The notes: a model not told the origin generated them from the letters alone. Shown: positions 18,160-27,472, numbered from the stretch's first letter. The stretch is DNA of 45,381 nucleotides from Gammaproteobacteria bacterium (GCA_050740655.1 JBOIDW010000024.1:1-45381), one strand, 5' to 3'. Program-made: numbers and translations.

Positions 18160-19380
18160 TCAGACCACCTGACCCATCTTGAAGATCGGCAGGTACATGG
18201 CGATGACCAGGCCACCGATGATAACCCCCAGGACCGCCATGATAATGGGCTCCAGGAGGCTGGTGAGGGAGGCGACCGCATCGTCGACCTCTTGCTCGTA
18301 CCAGTCGGCGACCTTGCTCAGCATGGAGTCCAAGGAACCCGACTCCTCACCGATAGCGACCATCTGCACGACCATATTGGGGAAGATCCCGACGTCACGC
18401 ATGGCCGCCTGCAACTGCGTGCCGGTCGAGACCTCATCGCGCATCTTGATTGTGGCAGCGTGGAATACGATGTTGCCGCAGGCCCCGGCAACCGCCGTCA
18501 TGGCCTCGACCAAGGGCGTACCGGCTGCGAACATGGTAGCCAGCGTGCGCGAGAAGCGGGCGATCGCGGCCTTTTCCAGGATATTGCCGATAATCGGCAC
18601 CTTGAGCGAAATCCGATCGAAGAAATGCGCGACCTTGAGCGAACGCTTCTTGGCCTGCCATATTCCTACCACGCTGCCGATGATCGCGCCAAGGATCGCC
18701 CACCAGTACTCCTGGAAATAGTTCGAGATGGCAATGACCAGCATGGTGAGCGGCGGGAGGTCCGCGCCAAACCCTTTGAACAGTTGCTCGAACTGGGGAA
18801 TGACGAAGATCATCAGGATCGCCGTGATGACAAACGCCACGACGATAACGGCCGTGGGATAGAAGAGGGCCGATTTGATCTTGGATTTCAGCGCCTCGGT
18901 CTTCTCCAAATAGGTGGCGACCTTGTGCAGGATCGATTCGAGGATCCCTGAGGCCTCGCCCGCGGTCACCAGATTGCAGTACAGCTCATTGAAGTGCTTG
19001 GGGTGCTTACCCAGTCCATCGGCCAGTGCGCCACCCGCCTCTACGTGGGACTTGATCGATAAGATTAGGTCCTGCATGTTGCGATTCTCGTGGCCGCGCC
19101 CCAGGATCTCGAAGGATTGTACCAGGGGCACGCCGGCGCTCATCATCGTCGCCAGCTGGCGGCTGAAGATTGCGATATCTTTTGGCTTGATCGCCTTCTT
19201 GCCGCCGCGGCTGAAGAGCGAGCCGGTCTTTTTAGAGACCTTGCGCGGATTGACGCCCTGGCGGCGTAGCAGGGCCTTGACGGCCGCGTCGCTGAGGGCG
19301 TTCATCTCGCCCTTGACGCGCTTTCCGGACTTGTCTGTGCCTTCCCAATGGAAGATGTCTTGTTTCAAAGCTGCGGCCAT
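18160..19380 (-). CDS. pilC: type IV pilus platform protein PilC (T2SS F family)
   Basis: 406 aa with the duplicated T2SSF domain (..SMMSAGVPLVQSF.., ..MFAAGTPLVEAM..) and 3 TM segments. Confidence 0.9.
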   Translation of the reverse strand: MAAALKQDIFHWEGTDKSGKRVKGEMNALSDAAVKALLRRQGVNPRKVSKKTGSLFSRGGKKAIKPKDIAIFSRQLATMMSAGVPLVQSFEILGRGHENRNMQDLILSIKSHVEAGGALADGLGKHPKHFNELYCNLVTAGEASGILESILHKVATYLEKTEALKSKIKSALFYPTAVIVVAFVITAILMIFVIPQFEQLFKGFGADLPPLTMLVIAISNYFQEYWWAILGAIIGSVVGIWQAKKRSLKVAHFFDRISLKVPIIGNILEKAAIARFSRTLATMFAAGTPLVEAMTAVAGACGNIVFHAATIKMRDEVSTGTQLQAAMRDVGIFPNMVVQMVAIGEESGSLDSMLSKVADWYEQEVDDAVASLTSLLEPIIMAVLGVIIGGLVIAMYLPIFKMGQVV

Positions 19381-19385
19381 ACGCC

Positions 19386-21131
19386 TTACTCCATAGTTAC
19401 GCTGTTGATTTCTTCAATACTGGTGATGCCGTCTCTTACCTTCCTCAGGGCCGATTGCCTGATATCCGGGATCCCTTCCCGGCGCGACTGATCGGCCAGG
19501 GCAATGGCATTCGCGCCTTCCATGATGAGCCGTTTCATGGCGTCGGAGATCGGCATCACCTGATAGATCCCGGTGCGCCCCTTGAAACCGCCGTTACAGT
19601 GCTCGCAACCGACTGCTTTATATACAGTGAATTCGCTTGCAAGGTCCTGCTCCGTGAAACCCTCGGCAAGCAAAGCCTCCTTAGGAATGCTTACTGGATT
19701 CTTGCAATGGCCGCACAGCTTCCTAACCAAACGTTGTCCGATGACCACGTTGATCGTCGTCGCGATGGCGAAAGGCTGCACCCCCATATCGGCCAGACGG
19801 ATGATTGTTTGAGGGGCATCGTTCGTGTGCAGGGTAGATAGCACCATATGCCCGGTCTGGGCGGCCTTGACGGCGATCGATGCGGTCTCCACATCGCGGA
19901 TCTCACCGACCAGGATGATATCCGGGTCCTGGCGGAGAAAGGCCTTGAGCGCCTTGGGAAACGTCATGCCCGTTTTCTCGTCCACCTGGACCTGGTTGAC
20001 CCCGGCAAGGTTGATTTCAACCGGGTCCTCCGCAGTGGAGATGTTCACGTCCCCCGTATTGAGCATGTTGATGCCGGTATAGAGCGACACGGTTTTACCG
20101 CTGCCGGTCGGTCCGGTGACCAGGAACATCCCGTAGGGTTTGTGCAAATTTTTGAGAAAGATTTCCTTTTGGAAGTCCTCGTAGCCCAGCATGTCGATGT
20201 TGAGCCGGGCCGCGTCGGAGTCCAGGATACGCATCACGGCCTTTTCGCCGTACAGCGTCGGACAGGTACTGACGCGAAAATCGATAGCCTTGTTCCTGGA
20301 AATCTTCAGCTTGAAGCGGCCGTCTTGGGGCACTCGGCGCTCGGCGACGTTGAGGCGGGACATGACCTTGATGCGGCTGGCGATCTTGTTCGCGAGTACG
20401 ATAGGCGGCTTGGCCAACTCGATGAGCTCGCCGTCGATGCGCAGGCGCACCCGGTAGAACTTCTCGTAGGGCTCAAAATGCAGGTCCGAGGCTTCCTTGC
20501 GGATGGCGTCCAATAGCACCTTGTTGACGAAGCGCACCACCGGCGCGTCATCGACCTCCGACTCCTCCTCACCCGTCGGCTGCGATTGGCCGATATCCAG
20601 GTCATCCAGATTTCCGAAGTCCTCATCGGTGAGGTCGCCGAGCTTGCTTTCGGCCGCTTCCAGCGCCTTTTCGATGGTGCGTGCGAGCTTATCGTCCTCG
20701 ACTAGGATCGGTTCGGTGTTGAGGCCGGCATTAAATTTTATCTCGTCCAAGGCCTGGAGGTTGGTCGGGTCCGAGATGGCTACGAACAGGCGATTGGCAC
20801 GTTTAAACAAAGGCAGGGCATGGTGTTTCTTCACCAGCGCCTCGGCCACCATCTTGGAGACCTCGGGATCCAACTCCACCGCGTCCAGGTCGAGTAGCGG
20901 CACCCCGAATTCCGTGGAAGCCACGCGGGCGATGTCCGCGCCCTTCGCCAGCTTGTGTTCAACCAGATAGCGTATCAGCGGGACCTTGTCTCTCTGGGAT
21001 TGAAGCAGGGCCTGTAGCGCGGTTTCGTCGGTCAACAAACCGGCAGTCGTCAAGCTCCGGGCCAGCCCGGTCAGCATGGTTCGCGCCGGGCTTAGCCCCG
21101 CCACTATCGTTTTGGTACCGATGAGGTCCAT
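19386..21131 (-). CDS. pilB: type IV pilus assembly ATPase PilB
   Basis: N-terminal GSPII-like domain, Walker A GPTGSGKTVS, Asp/His boxes and the tetracysteine CGHC..CEHC. An alternative start lies at 21077. Confidence 0.9.
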   Translation of the reverse strand: MDLIGTKTIVAGLSPARTMLTGLARSLTTAGLLTDETALQALLQSQRDKVPLIRYLVEHKLAKGADIARVASTEFGVPLLDLDAVELDPEVSKMVAEALVKKHHALPLFKRANRLFVAISDPTNLQALDEIKFNAGLNTEPILVEDDKLARTIEKALEAAESKLGDLTDEDFGNLDDLDIGQSQPTGEEESEVDDAPVVRFVNKVLLDAIRKEASDLHFEPYEKFYRVRLRIDGELIELAKPPIVLANKIASRIKVMSRLNVAERRVPQDGRFKLKISRNKAIDFRVSTCPTLYGEKAVMRILDSDAARLNIDMLGYEDFQKEIFLKNLHKPYGMFLVTGPTGSGKTVSLYTGINMLNTGDVNISTAEDPVEINLAGVNQVQVDEKTGMTFPKALKAFLRQDPDIILVGEIRDVETASIAVKAAQTGHMVLSTLHTNDAPQTIIRLADMGVQPFAIATTINVVIGQRLVRKLCGHCKNPVSIPKEALLAEGFTEQDLASEFTVYKAVGCEHCNGGFKGRTGIYQVMPISDAMKRLIMEGANAIALADQSRREGIPDIRQSALRKVRDGITSIEEINSVTME

Positions 21132-21413
21132 CGCTCGCTTAATCGGCCTTGTCTCGAATCCCTATGGGATCTGTGCAATACCATTCCGGATCAATCCGGG
21201 GGTTGATCGGCGTCGCTGCGGGGATCGGCAAGCGCGCGCCCTGTCGAGGGCGAGTCCAACGTCCTGGCTTGGTGCAAGCGACAACAGCGCTCACGAGGTA
21301 CGGCGGTGGCCTCCCCGGCTACCCCTATTCAGCGACTCCACGCCGGCTTTCTTTAGTCCCGCCCTGCGAGACCCGGGTCCGGCCGCGCAGCGGTGTCGTG
21401 TTAAAGTAACCCA

Positions 21414-21872
21414 ATGCAGCGGAGGCCCTATGTCAGTGTCGCAGCGGTTATCGAGCGCGAAGGGCGGTTCCTGATGGTCGAGGAACGCACCGACACCGGG
21501 CGCACGGTGCTAAACCAACCGGCCGGACACCTCGAACCAAGAGAGACGCTGGTCCAGGCCGTGCAGCGCGAGGTTCTGGAGGAGACCGCCTGGCATTTCG
21601 CCCCCGCGGGCCTCGTCGGCCTCTATCTTTATCACAATCCGGACGCCGACCGCAGCTATCTGCGAGTCTGCTTTTTCGGACCGGTGTTGGCGCATGAGGC
21701 CGAGCGGGCGCTCGATGCGGAGGTCTTGCAATGCCTGTGGTTGGACCGCGCGGCACTGGCCGCTATGCAAGGCCGGTTACGTACGCCGCTCGTAAACCGC
21801 TGCATAGACGACTACCTGGCCGGGCGGCGATTTCCGCTCGCGGTCGTCGCGGATGGGGCCGGCTTGGTTTAA
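21414..21872 (+). CDS. NUDIX hydrolase
   Basis: Nudix box GHLEPRETLVQAVQREVLEETAW. Conserved position directly upstream of mnmA. Confidence 0.8.
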   Translation: MQRRPYVSVAAVIEREGRFLMVEERTDTGRTVLNQPAGHLEPRETLVQAVQREVLEETAWHFAPAGLVGLYLYHNPDADRSYLRVCFFGPVLAHEAERALDAEVLQCLWLDRAALAAMQGRLRTPLVNRCIDDYLAGRRFPLAVVADGAGLV

Positions 21873-21878
21873 TTCATC

Positions 21879-22964
21879 ATGGCCCGGTACAACGTGATCG
21901 TCGGGCTATCCGGCGGCGTCGATTCTGCGCTAGCCGGTCTGCGTTTGAAGGCGCAGGGCCATACCGTCAGCGGCCTGTTCATGAATAACTGGGAGGACGA
22001 CGATACGGATGTCTATTGCAGCTCGCGTGAGGACCTGTCGGATGCGGTCGCCGTCGCCGAGCACCTGGGGATCGAGGTCGATGCGGTCAACTTCACTCGC
22101 GAATATCACGAGCGGGTCTTCGCGCGATTTCTCGAAGGGCTGCGCGCCGGGTATACGCCGAACCCAGACGTGTGGTGCAATAGCGAGATCAAGTTCAAGT
22201 CCTTCCTGGACTCGGCGCTGGCGCGGGGTGCAGACCGAGTGGCGACCGGCCACTACGCACGGGTGCAGGAGCGTGACGGTGGCTATGGCCTGTTGAAGGG
22301 CGCCGACACCGGCAAAGACCAGAGTTATTTCCTCTACGCCTTGAGCCAAGCGGCGTTGTCGCGGGTCTTATTTCCCGTAGGTGAACTCAATAAGCGGGAG
22401 GTTCGGGCGCAGGCCGCCGCGGCCGGCCTGTCGGTGCACGACAAGCCCGACAGCACCGGGATCTGCTTTGTCGGCGAGCGGCCGTTCCGCGCGTTTCTGG
22501 CGCGGTATCTTCCACTCCGCCCCGGCCTGGTTCGCAGCGCGGAAGGCCGCGTCCTCGGCGAACACCAAGGCGTGCCGTTTTATACCCTGGGTCAGCGCCA
22601 GGGCCTGAGCATCGGCGGCGTGCGTGGCGCAATGGAAGCCCCCTGGTATGTGGCCGTCAAGGACCTCGTTGCCAATGAGCTTATCGTGGTCCAGGACCGA
22701 CGGCACCCGCTGCTCTCGAGTCGGTCACTGGTTGCGAGTGGTCTACATTGGGTGAGCGGGACCCCGCCGGACACCCCGCTACGTTGCCGGGCCAAGACCC
22801 GCTATCGGCAGCCGGACCAGGGCTGCACCGTCGTCTGCATTGAAGACGGGCAATGCCGGGTCGAGTTCGAGGACGAGCAATGGGCCGTCACGCCGGGCCA
22901 ATCGGTAGTCTTCTATCAAGGTGAGACCTGTCTTGGCGGCGGCACTATCGAATTGCGTCGCTAG
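21879..22964 (+). CDS. mnmA: tRNA 2-thiouridine(34) synthase MnmA
   Basis: PP-loop VGLSGGVDSA, plus NNWE, CNSEIKF and ATGHYAR blocks. Confidence 0.9.
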   Translation: MARYNVIVGLSGGVDSALAGLRLKAQGHTVSGLFMNNWEDDDTDVYCSSREDLSDAVAVAEHLGIEVDAVNFTREYHERVFARFLEGLRAGYTPNPDVWCNSEIKFKSFLDSALARGADRVATGHYARVQERDGGYGLLKGADTGKDQSYFLYALSQAALSRVLFPVGELNKREVRAQAAAAGLSVHDKPDSTGICFVGERPFRAFLARYLPLRPGLVRSAEGRVLGEHQGVPFYTLGQRQGLSIGGVRGAMEAPWYVAVKDLVANELIVVQDRRHPLLSSRSLVASGLHWVSGTPPDTPLRCRAKTRYRQPDQGCTVVCIEDGQCRVEFEDEQWAVTPGQSVVFYQGETCLGGGTIELRR

Positions 22965-23029
22965 CGGCTACGCGCTTGTTTCGCTCGGTAGCTCGTGGCA
23001 GCCTAACGGAATGCCGCCATGGGATCGCC

Positions 23030-23641
23030 ATGCCACGCGCTAAGGCGCCGCTCGTCTCAGTGCCTGCCGCCCGCACGCGTTGTGCATGGCCCAAGTCCGA
23101 TCCCTTGATGATCGACTATCACGACCACGAGTGGGGCGTGCCGCTGCACGACGATCAAAAGCTCTTTGAGTTCCTCATCCTGGAAGGCGCGCAGGCCGGT
23201 CTCAGCTGGCTCACCGTTTTGCGCAAACGCGAAAATTTCCGGCGCGCCTTCGACCACTTCGATCCGCGCAAGGTCGCCCGATATGGCGAGCCGCGTATCG
23301 CTAAGCTCATGCAGGACCCCGGGATCATCCGCAACCGCAAAAAGATCGAGGCGGCGGTCAGCAATGCGCGGGCCTTCTTGAGGCTACAAGAAGAATACGG
23401 CAGTTTCGACCGTTACGTTTGGGGATTTGTCGGTGGCCGGCCCCTACAGAACCACTGGCGCAGCCTCGGGGAGCTGCCGGCGCGCAACGCGGTGTCGGAT
23501 GCGCTGAGCCACGACCTCAAACAACGCGGCTTCAAGTTTATCGGCTCTACGGTCTGCTATGCGCATATGCAAGCGACGGGGATGGTGAACGATCACCTGG
23601 TAAGCTGCTTCCGCTACCGGGCGTTACGCCCCGCCGGCTAG
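23030..23641 (+). CDS. tag: DNA-3-methyladenine glycosylase I
   Basis: CAW...DPLMIDYHDHEWGVP..D..LFE.L.LEGAQAGLSW..VL.KR..FR.AF. Start set at ATG 23030. Confidence 0.85.
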   Translation: MPRAKAPLVSVPAARTRCAWPKSDPLMIDYHDHEWGVPLHDDQKLFEFLILEGAQAGLSWLTVLRKRENFRRAFDHFDPRKVARYGEPRIAKLMQDPGIIRNRKKIEAAVSNARAFLRLQEEYGSFDRYVWGFVGGRPLQNHWRSLGELPARNAVSDALSHDLKQRGFKFIGSTVCYAHMQATGMVNDHLVSCFRYRALRPAG

Positions 23642-24083
23642 CGCCGCGCGGCCGGAACTGAGCCTTTTGCGGCATCGATGCCAGATCGGCGGCGCCGCTA
23701 GCTCAAAACGGGAGATATTGCCTTGCGTTGCTCGCTGGTCCGGTTCCCGACCGAGCCCCCTCGCCATAGGGTTGGGCCGAAGGGCGTGACGGAAGCACAA
23801 GGTGGACGGGGTTCCCCGCTTCGCGTTCATCGCCGGTCGGGAGAGAATGTTATTGGGAATACCATTCACGGACCTCGGACCCGTGCGGTTAAGCCCTGCT
23901 CGCGGCGCAAGCAGCGCGCTTGGAGTGAGGACAATCATTACGTTACATCCACTACCGTGTCTTCGCCCCTAGCCGAAAGCGGGTTCATTGCTTGCCCATC
24001 AGACCCTCAGCGGGGGTCCGCGAGGCAGGCCCATCCGGAGCGCATCGGTGCACGAGGGCGGGGAGGAGGTCGCGGGTCGTCTA

Positions 24084-24111
24084 TTGCCGGACGGGGTCAG
24101 ATAGCTATAAT
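24084..24111 (+). promoter_or_regulatory. candidate sigma70 promoter (TTGCCG-16 nt-TATAAT), about 400 nt upstream of xoxF
   Basis: A perfect -10 hexamer and a 4/6 -35 read directly. A second candidate, TTACAT-16-TACAAT, lies at 24161-24188. Neither is verified. Confidence 0.3.
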
Positions 24112-24517
24112 TTCTCCGTGGTTCGCGCCGCGCCTGGAAACGGGGCACGCGGACGGGGAATTACATTATAGGGGCCAATGTGTACAATGGGCCGTTTTGT
24201 AAACGGGCAGGGGTCGATGGGGCCTTTTCGAATCGCCTGTTCCAATGGAAGGTGGGGGCGGGCGAGTCGCGTGAACAAAGGAAACCTGCTGTTTGCGAGC
24301 ACTCCCGCTCCGTCCCTCTCCCGCACGGGGAGGAGCCGAATGGGCCAGTCCTGAAGCTGGTTTGGGACCGTGCCGGGTATGGACTAGCTGAAGGGCGGGG
24401 TGCCGCCAAACGCTGTCTAGGTCCTTTGCATCTTCGCGGTCTCTTGAGGTGCGGGGGGCTTTAAGAACAATTTAAGGCCAAAGAGATCAACATGCAATTC
24501 AATTTAAGGAGGAGGTC

Positions 24518-26350
24518 ATGAGAAAAGCATCGCTGCAACGGTGGCTCGCGGCAGCAATCGCGGTCGCGGTACCCACCTCGGTTCTCGCGAACGAAGAGCT
24601 GCTAAAGCTGCAAGCTGATCCAAATTACTGGGTCATGCCGAACGGCAACTTCTGGCATTGGCGTTATTCCGAGCTCGATCAGATCAACGCGCAGACGGCT
24701 GCCAAGCTACAGGCCGCTTGGACGTTTTCCACCGGGGTGCTACGCGGTCACGAGGGCGGGCCCTTGGTGCTGCCGGGCAGCGCAACCGGCCTGGGTCACG
24801 ATACCCTGTACGTACACGCGCCGTTCCCCAACAACGTCTTCGCAATCAACCTCGATAATCTCGAGGTGGTGTGGGAGTACACCCCCAGCCAAAATTACGA
24901 TGAAACGGTACCGGTCATGTGCTGCGACACGGTCAACCGGGGTCTTGCGTATGCCGACGGCAAGATCTTCTTGCAGCAGGCGGACACCAACCTGGTCGCT
25001 CTAGAGGCCAAGACCGGGAAGAAGGTCTGGTCGGTCAAGAACGGCGATCCCAAGACCGGATCGACCAATACCAATGCCCCCCACGTGATCAAGGACAAGG
25101 TCTTCACCGGCATCTCCGGCGGTGAATTTGGCGTCCGGGGTTTCCTAGCCGCGTACAACATCGAGGACGGTTCGCTCGCCTGGAAGGCCATGAGCGTCGG
25201 CCCCGATGAGGATATCAAGGTCGATCCGGAAAAGACCACCGAGCTGGGTAAACCGATTGGCAAGGACTCCAGCATCAAGACCTGGGAGAAGGACCAATGG
25301 AAGATCGGCGGCGGAACGACCTGGGGCTGGTATGCCTATGACAAGGACCTGAACCTGGTCTATTACGGCACCGGCAACCCCGGTACCTGGAACCCCGTGG
25401 TGCGTCCCGGTGACAACAAGTGGTCTATGACCATCTTCGCCCGCGACGTCGATACCGGCATGGCCAAGTGGGTCTACCAGATGACGCCCCACGACGAATG
25501 GGACTTCGATGGCATCAACGAGATGGTCCTGGCCGACATTAAGGTCAAGGGCAAGGACCGCAAGGCACTGGTGCACTTCGACCGCAACGGTTTCGGCTAT
25601 ACCCTGGACCGCGTGACCGGCGAGCTGCTGGTGGCGGAGAAATATGATCCGGCGGTCAACTGGGCGACCAAGGTGGACATGAGCACCGGCCGTCCCGAGG
25701 GGGACCCGCGCTACAGCACCCACAAGAACGGTGAGGACAACAACACCACCAACGCCTGTCCGGCGGCCTTGGGCTCCAAGGACGAGCAACCGGTGGCGTA
25801 TTCGCCGCGGACCAACCTGTTTTACATCCCGGCGAATCACGTGTGCATGGACTACGAGCCGGTAAGCGGCGGCGAATACACCGCCGGCCAGCCCTACGTC
25901 AATGCCGTGCTCAATATGTATCCGGCGGGCAAGGTCCTCAAGGACGGGACAACCAACCTGGGCCTCTTTACCGCTTGGGACGCGGGCGAAGGCAAGATCG
26001 TTTGGTCGATCCCGGAGCGCTTCTCGGTATGGAGCGGCGCGTTGGCCACTAAGGGCGACGTGGTGTTCTACGGCACCCTGGATGGGTACATCAAGGCTAT
26101 CGACGCCAAGACCGGTAAGCCCCTGTGGAAGTTCAAGACCCCGTCCGGCATCATCGGCAACATCAATACCTGGATGCATAAGGGTAAGCAATACGTTGGC
26201 GTGCTGTCCGGTATCGGCGGATGGGCCGGAATCGGGATGGCGGCGGGCCTGGTCGAGGATACCGAGGGCCTAGGCGCAGTCGGCGCCTACAAGGGCTTGA
26301 ATTCATTCACCCGGTTGGGCGGCGTGCTAAGCGTCTTCAGCTTGCCCTGA
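24518..26350 (+). CDS. xoxF: PQQ-dependent methanol/alcohol dehydrogenase, XoxF-like (lanthanide-type signature)
   Basis: Strong RBS (AGGAGGAGG), signal peptide ..[13 protein letters not shown]-type N-terminus [17 protein letters not shown] and vicinal disulfide [12 protein letters not shown]. Also HDEWDFDG, with the extra Asp two residues after the catalytic Asp (GAC TTC GAT at 25502-25510), and W-repeat propeller motifs. Confidence 0.9.
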   Translation: MRKASLQRWLAAAIAVAVPTSVLANEELLKLQADPNYWVMPNGNFWHWRYSELDQINAQTAAKLQAAWTFSTGVLRGHEGGPLVLPGSATGLGHDTLYVHAPFPNNVFAINLDNLEVVWEYTPSQNYDETVPVMCCDTVNRGLAYADGKIFLQQADTNLVALEAKTGKKVWSVKNGDPKTGSTNTNAPHVIKDKVFTGISGGEFGVRGFLAAYNIEDGSLAWKAMSVGPDEDIKVDPEKTTELGKPIGKDSSIKTWEKDQWKIGGGTTWGWYAYDKDLNLVYYGTGNPGTWNPVVRPGDNKWSMTIFARDVDTGMAKWVYQMTPHDEWDFDGINEMVLADIKVKGKDRKALVHFDRNGFGYTLDRVTGELLVAEKYDPAVNWATKVDMSTGRPEGDPRYSTHKNGEDNNTTNACPAALGSKDEQPVAYSPRTNLFYIPANHVCMDYEPVSGGEYTAGQPYVNAVLNMYPAGKVLKDGTTNLGLFTAWDAGEGKIVWSIPERFSVWSGALATKGDVVFYGTLDGYIKAIDAKTGKPLWKFKTPSGIIGNINTWMHKGKQYVGVLSGIGGWAGIGMAAGLVEDTEGLGAVGAYKGLNSFTRLGGVLSVFSLP

Positions 26351-26391
26351 TTAATTTGTCAACCGGCAAGATATTAATATGGCGTTACGTA

Positions 26392-26427
26392 ACCCCGGCA
26401 TCGCGAGGGCGGTGCCGGGGTTTTTTT
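26392..26427 (+). terminator. rho-independent terminator after xoxF
   Basis: CCCCGGCA/TGCCGGGG stem with a 12-nt loop, followed by TTTTTTT. Confidence 0.75.
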
Positions 26428-26468
26428 ATCGGCTGGGTAACGTTACTCAAAGGGTGGAGAAGTGCACG

Positions 26469-26714
26469 ATGACTATAGGAACGAGAACCATCGCGTTGCT
26501 GTTAGGGCTTACCGTGCTCGTAGCCTGTGGCGATTCAGCGGAGACGAAGGCGCAGCAGCTACAGAAGACTGTCGATTACATTGACCGGACCCTGGCCAAA
26601 CGCAAGGCCAGCGGTGGACCGCCGGCGCCAGGTGCACCGAGTGTCGAGGAGCTGGAGAAATGGAAGACGGAGCTACAACAAGACTTGGCGGAGCTCAAGA
26701 CCGACGGCAGCTGA
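26469..26714 (+). CDS. small lipoprotein (81 aa), unknown function
   Basis: Lipobox LTVLVAC-G after a basic/hydrophobic signal. The mature part is predicted coiled-coil with a PPAPGAP linker. GGAG lies 8 nt upstream of ATG 26469. Confidence 0.55.
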   Translation: MTIGTRTIALLLGLTVLVACGDSAETKAQQLQKTVDYIDRTLAKRKASGGPPAPGAPSVEELEKWKTELQQDLAELKTDGS

Positions 26715-26946
26715 GTATTGCGCGGCGAGGCTGCCCAGGCGTAAGCCCCAAGTTCCTCGATAGTCGCTCGCGCCTGGGGTCGAAGCGTGGTGCATCGCGG
26801 CGGGAAGCGGCGGAATAAGCCACGAGCTAGCCGCGATGTTGTCATGGGACAATTGTGTTAACCTAGCGCCGCTCGTTGGGCACCGGGTAGGTGGCCTCGA
26901 AGCGGGCGCGACCACGATTCGGACCAAGACCTAGAGGATTAATTGC

Positions 26947-27330
26947 ATGAAGAACACTATTTCGACCGTGCTCCTGGCCTGGGCACTCGCCATTGGAATG
27001 AGCAACGCCTTTGCGCAGCAAGGTGCCGGGCCGGGGAAATCGGGCGACGAGAACACCAAAAATATGGCCGACGCGAAGATGCACGCCACGGCCGCCTTGG
27101 AAGCCGCCAAGGCGGGACAGGCCGCGGAGGTGTTGGAACACGCCAAGGCCGCGTGGAAGGTCTGCAAGGAGATCACCGGTGAGACCGTAATGCCCTACTA
27201 CGAGGGAGCGATGGAAAAGCTGAACGCAGCAATCACGGCGGCCGAAAAAGGGGACGCGGCCGCGGCGGTCAGCCCGCTCGAAGGGGCAATCGCGAACATG
27301 AGCGAGGGGCAGGCGAAGGCCGACTACTGA
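26947..27330 (+). CDS. small secreted helical-repeat protein, SmbP-like but His-depleted
   Basis: Signal peptide ..GMSNAFA/QQ. Repeats such as DAKMHATAALEAAKAGQ, AEVLEHAKAAWKVCKE, GAMEKLNAAITAAEKGD and SPLEGAIANM parallel the (x-H-A-x-E-A-x-x-H-A-K-x-G) repeats remembered from Nitrosomonas SmbP. RBS GAGG. Confidence 0.55.
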   Translation: MKNTISTVLLAWALAIGMSNAFAQQGAGPGKSGDENTKNMADAKMHATAALEAAKAGQAAEVLEHAKAAWKVCKEITGETVMPYYEGAMEKLNAAITAAEKGDAAAAVSPLEGAIANMSEGQAKADY

Positions 27331-27442
27331 ACGCCGTATGCGGCGGCAGCGGTGACGTCACCGGGGGAGGCGATTGCCATGACCGCGGCGCAAGGCACGA
27401 TGTAACCAGGTCTTGCCTCTTGGGGGTTTAAACTCGAGTACG

Positions 27443-27472
27443 AACGCCCGCCGGGAAGGCGGGCGTTTTTTT
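27443..27472 (+). terminator. rho-independent terminator after the small secreted protein pair
   Basis: AACGCCCGCC/GGCGGGCGTT stem with a 5-nt loop, followed by a T-run. Confidence 0.75.

Noticed and set aside
24088-24158. 9-nt direct repeat CGGACGGGG at 24088-24096 and 24150-24158, each just upstream of a -10-like hexamer.
   Set aside because: In GC-rich DNA a repeated 9-mer within ~800 nt is roughly expected by chance, so it is not enough to call an operator.
23723-24202. 159-aa ORF, plus ORFs 23624-23938(-), 24161-24409(-) and 24180-24464(+), in the tag-xoxF gap.
   Set aside because: Non-protein-like composition (Arg/Gly/Pro/Ser runs), no RBS, no motifs. Treated as non-coding leader (see finding).
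24340-24354. 4-codon mini-ORF (MGQS) with GGAGGAG 4 nt upstream in the xoxF leader. Also a 7-codon ORF MPIFKKD at 33044-33067 preceded by AGGAG.
   Set aside because: Too short to evaluate from sequence alone. They could be leader peptides but are equally likely chance. Mentioned only for follow-up with Ribo-seq.
23642-24517. Tested whether the long gap hides RNase P RNA, tmRNA, SRP RNA, 6S RNA or a cobalamin/TPP riboswitch.
   Set aside because: None of the conserved cores I remember are present on either strand: GGAAAGUCCGGGC and ACAGAACCCGGCUUA for RNase P, the GGGGCUGAUUCUGGAUUCGAC start and UCCACCA end for tmRNA, GGUCCGGAAGGAAGCAGCC for SRP, the B12 box, or CUGAGA for the THI box. Eye search only; Infernal would be decisive.
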